Positions 40,666-51,809 of a stretch of DNA of 64,000 nt are shown here, one piece after another (positions within the stretch are counted from its first letter, which is position 1; each line of letters opens with the position of its first letter). The notes under the pieces are model-generated. The model worked only from the letters and a program-made list of their open reading frames with translations. It was not told the origin of the DNA and ran no database searches. The translations under genes and the position numbers were made by a program. Source of the stretch: Haplodiscus bocki (lineage: Eukaryota). The stretch is from positions 22,568,001 through 22,632,000 of the forward strand of contig OZ296656.1 of assembly GCA_965655095.1 (NCBI GenBank), in the 5' to 3' direction.

Positions 40666-43600
40666 GCTCAGAAGCAGAAGCCCCACAAAGCTTCTGGGAA
40701 CAAAAAGCAAGTCCGAAAGACCAGGGAAGAACGGGAACAACCCCAATAACATCAGAGCTCGAATTTTGTCCCTCCGATCTGGACAAGTCCATTCCGCAGG
40801 AAAGAGTCTACCAGACAAGCATCCTTTTTCCTAAACTTATTCGTGTTTTTCCCTGCTGAGTCGATCAAGCTGCATTCCCAGCTCATCGCCTTTTATCGGC
40901 AATAGACATTGAGGCGAACCCTGGTCTGGTGAAATACCCAATACGCAAGAGATCAATCAACGACAGAAAGCAAACCAGCGCTTGGTGTCATCTGGGGGGC
41001 TAGGCACAGTTACAATGAACCAGCCTAGAGGAGGGCAATGAATGGACCAACCACTTCACTTGTGGCAACTCTGAATGGTACCTCAAACAAACAAAGAGCA
41101 GAAACAAACGCAAAGAACACAGGCAACAGAGAAGAGAAATGCGCAAGCAAAAACAGAAGAACTCAGCTAGAGAAGCCAGACGGATTCCCAGATAGTGACA
41201 TGGAACGTCCACAAGACGTCTTTGCGACAAAACGGAGAACGAAGCTCAGGGAATTCTATTTCTATTGCATCAGAAAGAAACTCCATATTGTTGTGCTATC
41301 AGAGGTAACTGCAGACGAAAGTGGTGTCCACTGGATCGAGGAAGGGGAAGTCTGTGCCGTGGACATTCACTCCAAAAAGGCAGCAATCATGCTCTCCAGA
41401 TCATGGAAACATAAGTGGATATTAGAAGACCAGAAAAATGGACGAGAGACAGAGACGCAACGGTCAGTGACAGTGGTTTCCGGTTAGTTGCAGGCTACCA
41501 ATCCCTATGGGACCATGGAGATCAGGCGAGAGAACTATACCACCGAGAACTCGAAGATCACCTGCACAAGAACAAAGAGGAAATCATCATCATCGCAGGA
41601 GACCACAATTCATATACGTGCAAAAGTAACTGTGACAAGTTCAATCCGGGCACTAAAGACTCCTTTAGATTTGGCCGCATAGATCACACTGGAGTTGAAT
41701 TCTTCCACTGGGGTGATGAAAAGATTTGAGCTGGACCGACTCCTAATATGAGATGGAAAAACGTGGCACCTGGTACAGCTCTGGTAACAAGAAATGGTTT
41801 GACCTAGATGTCTTCTCAGTCAAAAGACATCAAAGAGAGAACATAATCAAATCAATAACTACACACCGGGAAGTTTCCTTCTCAGACCACACACCAAAAA
41901 TCATGATTAACAGACTCAACAACAAAAGAAAACGCTACAAACCACCAAGAAAGAAACAGAAAGTCAACACAGACATACAGACATATTTGATGAGCGAGCG
42001 AAACAGGCGGAATACAATCTGGCTACCAAAAGAATAATCACTGAAATTGAGGAAAGTGACTCAATCAAAGCCGCTTACAAGATCTACGAAACCACCAAAG
42101 ACATTTGTGGAGCAGTGGAAAAGAAAGTGAATACGCCATCGATGGAGGGCAAAAAAGCAATGCGAAGAGTTCAGTCACACGATCGGGGAAGCTGTGAGAG
42201 CGAGAAAAAAACCCTAGAGACTCGTCAGCGAAGAAGGTACCGCAAGCGGATTTGAACAAAGACAGAAACGCGTTCCCCAAAGCTCATCAGAAGTGGGAAG
42301 ACATGTACTGGGACGGAGTTATGAAAGGAGCCCAGAAAGCAGCTGAACAAAACGGCTTTGGGAAGATGTGCAGATCCTGAAAACAGTTGGCAAGAGAGAC
42401 AACAAGTGTACAGTATCTAGCGAGATTTTTACAGCGGAAGAATATAAAACCCATTTTGAAAAAGTTGGAGCAAGCAGACACAAACAAAAACACGACAAAA
42501 TGGAAGAAGTCATCAACTGGATTCCTGACCGAAGGGATGACACTTTTGCTAATGAAGCTGCAGATTGAATGGCGACACCTCTCACAGATTCAAAAGTTAT
42601 CGGAGAATGGAAACTAATGAGTGATGGCCCACCCGGTAAGGATTCAGTCATCATCAAATTGACTCGGAACAGCGACGTCAAAATTCGGATGGAGGTGGCT
42701 AGCAAAATTGTGGAACTCAGCGAACGGGAACCCAGAAAATGGCCCGCCACACTAAACGAAGGAATCGTGGTTAACATATTCAACAAGGGAGACAGAAAAA
42801 CCCTAGGGAACCAGTGGAATTTTCCCCTCGCGATGACGTCCCGGATAGTAGCACGGGTTTTGGTTATCCCAGAGTAAACAAGACCAACCTATGGGTCATG
42901 TTAGAGAAATTGGGTTTCAAAACTCCAACCCCGAGGCTCATTAACCGCTTACACGAAAACACAAAATACGAAATTCAAGGTAGAGACACAAACAGCAGCC
43001 AATGGAAACCAGAGAGGCCTGTTAGAAGGATATGCAACATCACCGGTCCTCTTTAAAATATACCATGCCCAAGCCATGTATAAGATTTCGGAACTCCGGA
43101 CTTTCGAAGCTCTGCAGTTATGCCCTGGCAGCGGACTCCCGGGTGTTCCTCGCCCCCAAATAGACACAAAAAAGCTTATGGGAACTCTGATACCGATTAG
43201 ATATGTGTCACTGAAACCTTGTTTGCGGAAGATACAACTCTCCCGGGTGTCGTACCCGAAATTGATGCAGCCAGAAACACCACAGTCGAAACCTTAGCCC
43301 AATTCAAAGAGAAATGCCATCCAGATAAAGAGGAGCACTTGTAATTGGGTCAGCAGAATGACATGCGCATCCTAGATTCTCACTGTGATCGGAAAGTTCA
43401 TCTGAAACAAAGACAATAAAGACTCAGAAGAGCATCGTTTGTCATCGAAAAAGCTGGTGAAATAGTTTTAAACTTTTTAAAAGTTAAAGGAAACAAGCCA
43501 AAGTCGTAGAACTATGCTGTGAATCTACTGCTCTCTTTGGCAGTAACATCAGATCTTGGGCCAACAGTGAAATCAACGCCCTGCTGAAAACCGTAGACAA

Positions 43601-44515
43601 ATCATACAGGTACATTTAGTCAAGCAGAAAAGAACAGCTAATAAAAATGGTCAGAAATGGAACAAACATGTTCAAAGTGAGAAATGAGCCGCAAATTGAG
43701 GGGAATGACCTCAAGATTAAGGAAAGATCCCTCCAAAGAAAAAGCACTCACTGCGTAGGGATAACCAAACGAATAATTAGAAAAGTGGTGTTAGGATGGC
43801 CCTCGGCCCTCAAGGGGTCTCAAGGACGTGAATATCATGGGATGGCAAACAACCAACAAAAATTGGAGGAAGCTACTGAAAGACGGAGACCAGGATTCTG
43901 ACACATTAGAAATGCTAGTACTCGACAGAGAAGATTACAGAACCTTTGTCGACAAGAGAGCTGTCCATATGCAAAAGTGGGAATAGACTAAAACCTAGAA
44001 AATTGGCATGCCAAGATCGCAACACTTCGAGCTTAACCCCAAAAATTATGAAAAATCTTCATGAAAACTATCGAATCATAGAAGGATTGAAAACCCACAT
44101 CCGAAGAATGCACAAGCAAAAAAGAGCTGAGGAACACATATGTGGAGTGTGTCAAAGTGATCTGAAAACCAAGTCTGCAAAAATTAACCATGGAAAAGCC
44201 TGCGCGAAGATAAAAGACCCGAAGAGTACATATGCAGCTACAAGACCTAGTGAAGATAGAAAACCTTATGATTTATATGGCGCGACCATCAGCAAGAGCA
44301 ATTGGGCAAGGCAAAAAAACATATGTGAGGAGAAGAATGCTCGAATGGTGGCGGCAGATCCCACTGGGGACCGACAACGCCAGACCAACATCAAGACCAA
44401 GACATGTTTTGTTGAAAACAATCCTAATTCTCTTAATTCTGTTGAATTTGTCCGCCAGCAGCGATGTCAGAGAAATTCAACATGAAACTTCAAGGACATG
44501 CTGAGGAAGGAAATT
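40666..44515 (+). mobile_element. decayed non-LTR retrotransposon (LINE, RTE/RTEX-like): 2A-like motif, PHD remnant, APE, RT, C2H2 fingers
   Basis: APE motifs IVTWNV, IVVLSEV, IIIAGDHN and FSDHTP; RT motifs GPPGKDSV, IFNKGDR, SPVLFKIY and LFAEDT; C-terminal KTHIRRMH and CGVC...HGKAC. The 5' end may extend left of the CACTA insertion to ~38980. Confidence 0.85.
40905..40928 (+). other. 2A-like (StopGo) motif DIEANPG-L
   Basis: Translates RLLSAIDIEANPGL; consensus is D(V/I)ExNPGP, and the last codon CTG is one change from CCG. Confidence 0.7.
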
Positions 44516-44842
44516 CAAATTTTCTTCATTTCTTTTTTCAAGTCTTTGGTTTGTTTCCATCCTATATTATACAGATCATACTGTACAAAAACAACTTTGA
44601 ACGACGAGACTACAAAGAACTTGCCACCTGATGAAAGCCATCGAGATATTCCGTATTAAAATTGTCAGTAGACCACGTCCTCGCTTCGAAATTAGTAGCT
44701 CTCATTTTAAACTTTAATTCAGTACAAGTTATAGAGTTTCGTTTTCTCGTTCGTCATCATCTGATTCCGCTCCGTTTCTGACGAAAAATGATCACGCGAG
44801 CAGAGCCTAGCAAGACCAGAAAGCCCTGTCAATTTTGCACTC

Positions 44843-45313
44843 TATGGAAAATCCAGAACCATGAAAACGAAGAGCTGCACCAAACTATCAGTGTGAACCG
44901 CACGACCACAACTTCTCTCCATTGAGTCTGACACTAACGAGAAAACAATGCCGTAGAGAACAGGGAGACCAGTGCCCATAAACTTGATAAGCTTGAAAGA
45001 TTCGAAGTTACCAATCCAAGCATTTAATGCAACAGTTGAGATTGAGTCGAAGTCACGGCGGGACAACGTTATGACCCCCTAAACTCTAGACGACTGCCGT
45101 TAATCACCCGTTCCCTCGAAAAACCAGGAAATTACGGATACATCAATGCCATCTATTGTCACCAGCTTTATTAAATAATTGTTTAATCCATCGGATGTCA
45201 GCACTTTGAACACCGATGGTTACAGGAGCCCGCCCATGTCCCTAAACCCCTCTCCACAAAGAAGCCGAAAAACCGATTGAATATGGGAATATCCTTTCTA
45301 AATAGAAGGCGAG
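44843..45313 (+). pseudogene. ORF Y remnant and PPT of copy C
   Basis: atgccgtagagaacagggagaccagtgccc resembles the PYGFGRQLP region; ends at AGAAGGCGAG before GGTCGCAG. Confidence 0.5.
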
Positions 45314-46168
45314 GGTCGCAGCCAACCTTTGAAGCCTGTGTGCAAATAACAACCGGCAAATAAGCGTTTCCCAATTGAAAGCAAAACTGATCGACTGCCT
45401 GATTAGGAAAAAAAACATATTGCAATTTGGTTCATTTTTCGTTTCATGTATAATGATCCGTAAAAAAACCAAACGTTGCCTAGTGAATTGATCCAAGCGA
45501 GGATACAGCCACTACAGAACAGACAGTTATTTACGCAGACGTATACTAAAGATTCAAAGAATTCCCGCCAAGCAAAATGTATCGATAGGAATAGTGAATG
45601 TATCGAGATTAACTAACTTTGTATTGATGTTATTGGCCATTTGGTGAAACAATACCCTTCTCGTAATGATGAGAACAATCAGCTGTTTTACAATTTGACT
45701 CCGAAATAAAGTTTTTAGTAAAAACATTCAGTTCAGTCTTCAAAACTGTTGAAATAGTTTTCCAAATGGATACATTATGAAACAAGGTGAAACAAGCGGT
45801 AGTTAACAGGAAACGTGAAAAAAAGCAGCAGGCTAAGAGCAGCTTGTCTCGAGAATTTTTGAGAAGTTTATCGATGAGGAGTACACAAGCTTCCGAAGAC
45901 AGTGGAGAAATGTAACTAAAAAGATATCTGAGGAGGTTAGCACAACATGGAGTCAAAAACTCGGTGCAATGCCAAAGTTAGACAAGTTTTTCATAATTCA
46001 CAAATCCGGGTTCAATCCGGAACCGCCTGAGAACGTCTCAGTACGTGGACAGAGAAAACTAAGAGCGTTACTAGGACAGCTCCCAGAACGAGCCTCGACC
46101 TAAAGCGGAAGCTGCATTCAATTGATCCCCTCACTCAGTGAACTGCTACATTGATGAGGTACTCCACA
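45314..46168 (+). repeat. 3' LTR of copy C, containing the gag 5' fragment (ATG 45766)
   Basis: Follows the PPT; GAAGCCTG block as in the other LTR starts; gag-like MDTL*NKVKQAVVNR; ends CCACA at the position equivalent to the LTR/PBS junction. Confidence 0.7.
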
Positions 46169-48109
46169 GTGTTTTAAATCACGCGGCTGACTATTCTCCA
46201 ACTTCTAAAAACACAGATCGTTCTTTTTCGAAATCCACATAGACTCTCTGATTATGGTTTCGTCTTTCATCAGCGAATATTGCCTTCTGGCTCTCAGGAA
46301 CGTTGAACAGGACCAAATCAAACTCTATGGTTTTGTGATTGATTTTATCCATCTCTTGGTGCACATCCTTATTGTATTAAATTGCGTTTATGGTTGAGAT
46401 TGTGGTGGTAGAGGCAGGATGAGAGAAACATCTGCAAAGAGAGCTCAAGATGCAAAGAAGAAACTCTCAGAGAGGATATGACTTGTAATATACTCAAAAG
46501 TTTGTTCAGCTAAAGTTCAAAAATGCGCGACAAGTCACAGCGATACACGATCGCATGTTCCTGTCTAGTGGGCAAATATGGGCCCCAGCGTCGTCCCAAC
46601 AAGATTACACAGCAGTAGTGAAGAACTCACCAAGAGCCAACGGTTACAAGACAATTATAAACGCCCAATCAGCGTCTAGCATGCGGCAAACTAACAAAAA
46701 TGTTAAAGATTATTAAATTATTTTATCGAAAAAAATCCACGTGTTTCCGGCAAACCATTTCACAATTTCAATTTCCACCAACGTTGAGTTGAATGAAATC
46801 ATGCATTCCAATTAAACTGTTAGCTTTAGTGTATGTTGCTCTTTTACAGATCCAATTGCTACCCTTGGTCTTTGAGATGCAAGACACCCCTAAATATTAC
46901 AATTACCTGAACATTGCAGTTGTTAAACCGATAGAATGTGTAGTACCCGTACTAACTCAATTTAAGGAATTATGAGCGCTACATCAACTCTAACCTTCCA
47001 AAAGTTGCCGACTTGTTGACCTACAATTAAATCTGCACAGAACAGCACGGACCTATGTATTGAAAGTGGTCCAAACGAGCATTTCAGATTTTGTTTGATG
47101 TTCTCACACGTTTGAAAACCTAATATTTTTGCCTTGTATCAGATTATTCGTTTAATTAAACTTGTTTTACTAACTTGTCGTTCGAAAACCCGAAAGTTGG
47201 TGCAGTCTTTTTGAAAGTTGGCATCGGTACGGCGTTGTTCTGTGTGGGGCTTTCTTGATGATCCCCACATCACGCAGGGGAATCAGCAAAGCTTTTCTTA
47301 ATTTAGCCAGCATTGGCAATGTTGAACGCAGACATGACTTGAAACATTTTGCAAGCGTGCGTTTTGCCGTTAATACGAGAACAGAATAACGCTGTAATTT
47401 CATTCGCTGTTTTAGTTTTAACTAATACTGATAAAATATAACTCTAAGTTCACAGATAACAATATATCGCGTTGAGCTGTTACAGTTGCTAAGTGATTTA
47501 AAAAGCAACCAATACCTACTTACCTGTGAGGGCATCTTAGAGGAAAACGCGCCTTAGAAACGCTCAATGAGTCTCCTAGTTCTGGTTGCTAACGGCTTGA
47601 TACGGAAAATGAGGACTATCTGCAGAATAACTTTATGAAATATCTCAAAAGATAGTGAAAAAGCTAGCTAGGAAAATGAAAGGTGTTATCAAAAAGTTGG
47701 AAAATACCATCTTGAAAACCCTCAACTCCCTGTCAGAGAACTCACTAAACGACGGCTATTTTAGTCCCGACATGGGTCACACAGCAGTAGGTGAAAGTAT
47801 GATGCTAGTCTGATCTACGTGTCGCATATCTGAATCAGACCGGGAGAATAATAACCCGATTGAATAATTTAACGGTGCACAAGCGCATCCTTATGACAGC
47901 TGTTTTTGCATGTAACACTTCAAAGCAGCAAGTATCGGTTCTTGATCTGCAACAACAGTGTTCAGTTTTGTTTCCAAAGTGTTTTCCAGACTCTAAGTTT
48001 TTCTTTCCGCACAGTATTATCCATTATCATGGTTTCTTTGGAACCTAGTTAGTTTTGAAACGCGTCGTGTTTAATCTTCAGTGACAGTATGCTTATGGTT
48101 AGTGTCTTA

Positions 48110-48444
48110 ATAATTGTTGATTTTAGGGGCAATAATACTATCAATAGCGGTCAAAATTGCGTTTTGCATTCGGTCTTCGACCGTGTCAACAATATTACTC
48201 TTTTTCCTGTCAATCCATTCATCAAAACATCTTTCGAAGGTTTTCACATTCACCGTAATTTCATTAGTCATTAAGTTATTATCTGAAGTACCAGCGGCAA
48301 AATCCTGGTCACCAGTACCTTCATTGATTATAGTATTTTCCTACCTGTAACTGGCAGTGTTGCGAATATTAACGTCTTGACAAAGTCATCTAATTGGCTA
48401 AGGAACCTTCTATTAGACTCTCTTTTCTTGCGAGTAGAAACCAT
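48110..48444 (-). pseudogene. gag-like N-terminal fragment, probably from a different LTR family
   Basis: MVSTRKKRESNRRFLSQLDDF...NIVDTVEDRMQNAILTAIDSIIAPKI; frameshifted; CCAAT-type motif nearby (~48713). Confidence 0.4.
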
Positions 48445-49349
48445 GTTTGCTTTGATAACTCAATTGTGCTTGAAATAGCAACATCAACAATGCAACAATG
48501 TTTAGAGAATTTAAAATGCAGAACTACTAAAAGATTAATAGTGTAAAACAGGTATTGGCAGTTTGAATAAAAACTTCAATCAACAGTTTTGTTAGAGTTT
48601 TCAAGATCATATCTTTGAGCAATTGTTTTTCAAGATGAATATTGTTCTTCTAAAGAAGGATTTTTTGTCGACCTCGGGTTAGGAATCCGTGTCATGACAC
48701 CAAATTCGTCGGCCAATCACATCTTTTAGTGGGTTGACGTCCTACCTGTAACGACAAAAATATCACACATCAAAGTATTTAAAACGCTTGTTTGATGACA
48801 TCTTCGTGTCATCATTCTAAAATTAGCACCACTTTTGCACTTCAAAAGAGATTTTCACCGAAAGATGTTGACATGCAAAATTGGTTAGGGCATTCTAAAT
48901 GAAATCAAGGAATTAGAAATAGACTTTATGGAACATGATTACATGCGTATTAGAGGTCATAAAAGAAGTCATGGTACTTCCAGGAAACTCAAGGTGGTGG
49001 TTATATCACAAAAGATGTTAATTGACATGGTTAAAATAGTAAAAAGAATTTTCAAGTGATTAGGACTTGTTTATTTCCTTTTTCATTCAATAATGAAAAT
49101 TGATCAGAATTGATAAATGATCAGAACAAAAACATAGAGCCCTTTTCAAGATGTATACTTTAATAATAATGTGTATTCACTGGGTAAAGTTGCTATTAAA
49201 GTTTGGTGGGCATAAAACAGTCTTGGATACCGTCCTGTGACCAATTTTAGTTTTTACGGGGGGATTGTTGACAATAACCACTGGATGGGTTAAAATGAGA
49301 TGCTATTTAAATATATACTTATAAAGTTAGTAAGGATATCATGAATAAG

Positions 49350-50823
49350 TTCATTCGAATAAGTTAATTCAGGGTCAAGCATGTTCTGAGCTCTACTGTT
49401 TCTAGTACATTCAGGTGTTTCTCCCGAAACTGCTGCTAGTTTCCTCTTATTTCTTAAAGTTGCCATGAGAATGAGGGAAAAGTTTTATCAGTTATGAAGA
49501 CTGAATTTGAGCTTTATTTTTGTAATGAAAGTGATTATATCCTCTTGTTATGAGGGAAAAGAGTCTCCAAAGAAATACAACAGTCAAAAGTGCGAACAGT
49601 TCAATATTCAGTACAATACTCAAAGGCGACAATGTATCTATTAATAACAAAACTTTATTTGTCCTATTTATACCTTTCCTTGGCGGGAAACATAATTGGT
49701 TACACGCCAAATTAAGGTACAAATAGGGAAAAGTACTTTAATCATATTATTTATCAAAGAGAAAGATGCCGACTCTGGCGGAAAATAAACACCCTTCCGT
49801 CCATTTCTTCCTTCACGGATCACGTCTTTTCCATCTTTCGACGGAAAAAGTACGGGTCCGATCTGTCGGAAATGGACATCAAAGTGGTTATTCCCGCGAC
49901 GTAACAATAAATAATGACAAAAACAAAAAATCAAATAAATTTCCATACAAGGAAAATACTAAAGTACAGTAGAAAAACAATTTAAAGTATGGAAAAATAT
50001 TGTTTATATATACTAGACAAGTTCATGTTTACATCTTGCGTCAATTAAGTCTACTGTTGGGAACAAACTAGGCTTTTTCATAGTACGTTCCACGTTTCTA
50101 CCAGCTCACGCCTCACTTTGACCGGAGCGTTCCGTGGAGACTACGTAGCCGCTTGTAGCACTGCTCTCCGCAGTGCTATTGAGGAGAATGATTCTGGTGG
50201 CTACGTAGACGTCCCGTGTCCGTCCAAAGTGAAACAGCGTAGTAGCACAGCGGATTGGCTGAAATTCGTGTGACGTCACCAGATTAGCTACGACGGAACA
50301 CATACGGAACAATTATTCACTTTTAAAGTCAAGCTCTGTTCTAAGAGTTAAACTATTGAAACTTGTTAAACCTGTCAGTCTAAGCAAAATTACTGCACAG
50401 GTTAAAAGGTGGATTTTTATAATAATTAGCTAGATCAATTAAATTAAATAGAACCTGATATTATTATAAAAATACAGTGAATAATCGTTTGCTCCGTATG
50501 TGTTCCGTCCCAAAAGGATCAGTTCACCAGAATTACACGTATCGGATACGTGCTTTTTACATGAAATCAACCTTGTGGGACGATACTTAACTACTACGTA
50601 TCGTCTACTTGAATTACTTGTGTGAATACTAGGTGGATACGTACCTACTACGTATCCTAAATATAAATTATTGAATACATGATGGGTTAAGTGAAAACAT
50701 AAGCTTTATTAGTTCGTAACTGAGTTTGAATGTCTTTAAAGTTCTAATTCTTGTGTGATGGACTTGGGATGTCCTTTGCTGATGGGATCGTCTGACCGCA
50801 GGCTTCGAAGATGTGCCGCGACA
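49350..50823 (-). repeat. 3' LTR of copy B (end truncated) with gag start MATLRNKRKLAAV at 49466
   Basis: Minus strand reads AAAAGAAGGGGGAG|TGTCGCGGCAC; matches the 5' LTR of copy A through the gag ATG. Confidence 0.82.
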
Positions 50824-51410
50824 CTCCCCCTTCTTTTGGAAAGGACATTCCCCGGCTCAATTTCCTTTTTTGTTTTCGGGGTGGTGACGGCGGCGATGAA
50901 ACGCTGGAAGAAAATAGATTCTCCAGGGCTCGTAACTTGAATAAAACCTGTCGTCGTCGGTCGTCGTGAAAGACGTCTCGCAGTTGTTGAAGGCCCTTAA
51001 ATTCATAGGAGGCGTCAATATTGGGGACGGTTCTGACGGCTCCGGTGACTGCGGGCTATAAATGTCATCATTGGCATCCGCAGTAAGGTTTGCGACCACC
51101 ATTGTTGCCAAGATGTTAAATGGGTTGGCGGAAAGTTCAAGTCGTTCAGGCTCGGCGGGACGATTGGGAGCTGCCGTCCAAATCCATATGGCATTGTTGG
51201 ATGGTTAGAGTCATTAATAATAGTAAAGATTTGAGATTTGAGGGATGCGATAGAGGTAATTGAGGGCATCCCTGTCGTATGATGTTCCGATAGTTCCGTC
51301 GAGTTCAGGATATTCGGAGAGTTGTTTTGTTGCACACTAGGCTCGTTGGAGATTTGTTCCACATGGAACACATCGGAATCCATCGAATTAATCGAAATAT
51401 TGGATGACAT
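50744..51410 (-). pseudogene. accessory ORF Y (copy B, frameshifted)
   Basis: ORFs 51015-51410 and 50857-51111 join into an S/P/N-rich protein ending FPKEGGVSRH...PSPSHKN*. Confidence 0.65.
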
Positions 51411-51417
51411 GCTGAAT

Positions 51418-51696
51418 TTAGAGAGAAAATCGAATAAGTTTCGTGATTGAACAGCTGAATTGGAAAAGTGGAAAAGAAAGAGTGATCGGTATTGCGGGTA
51501 ATGATACTTCGTTGTTATGGAGCGGGATTTCCTTTGATGTTCCCGCGCCGCTGATCAGCATCACTGAAGGTAGGAAGTAAAAAGTGCAGTTCCAATTGAT
51601 GAGATGTAAACAAATCTCAAAAATAAAGTCTCTAAATTTGAGGAACACTTGAGTATTGTTCCTCAATGTGTCCTTGAAAATACAGGCTGACGTCAT
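51418..51696 (-). CDS. small accessory ORF Z (92 aa)
   Basis: Open ORF, homolog of 27121-27312; its stop lies 7 nt before the ORF Y ATG. Confidence 0.55.
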   Translation of the reverse strand: MTSACIFKDTLRNNTQVFLKFRDFIFEICLHLINWNCTFYFLPSVMLISGAGTSKEIPLHNNEVSLPAIPITLSFPLFQFSCSITKLIRFSL

Positions 51697-51809
51697 TGCT
51701 GGCAGACAAATTAATCAGACTTTGATTAAAAAAATTACGAATTTTTTGAATAAATATGTAAATCCACCATGTAATAGCTCATTAACCATATCGTTCATTA
51801 TTGCAAATA

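Larger units (their letters stand above)
28675..46168 (+). mobile_element. Ty3/Gypsy copy C (highly decayed, interrupted by a LINE and a CACTA element)
   Basis: 28950-29434 resembles 45670-46168 (LTR pair); gag-pol remnants, antisense cargo, ORF Y remnant and PPT at 45304. Left end is tentative (TGTCGC at 28675; flanks atgtt vs gtgtt). Confidence 0.72.

Noticed and set aside
46170-48100. Possible host exons
   Set aside because: Only short ORFs with no recognisable domain or consistent splice pattern.
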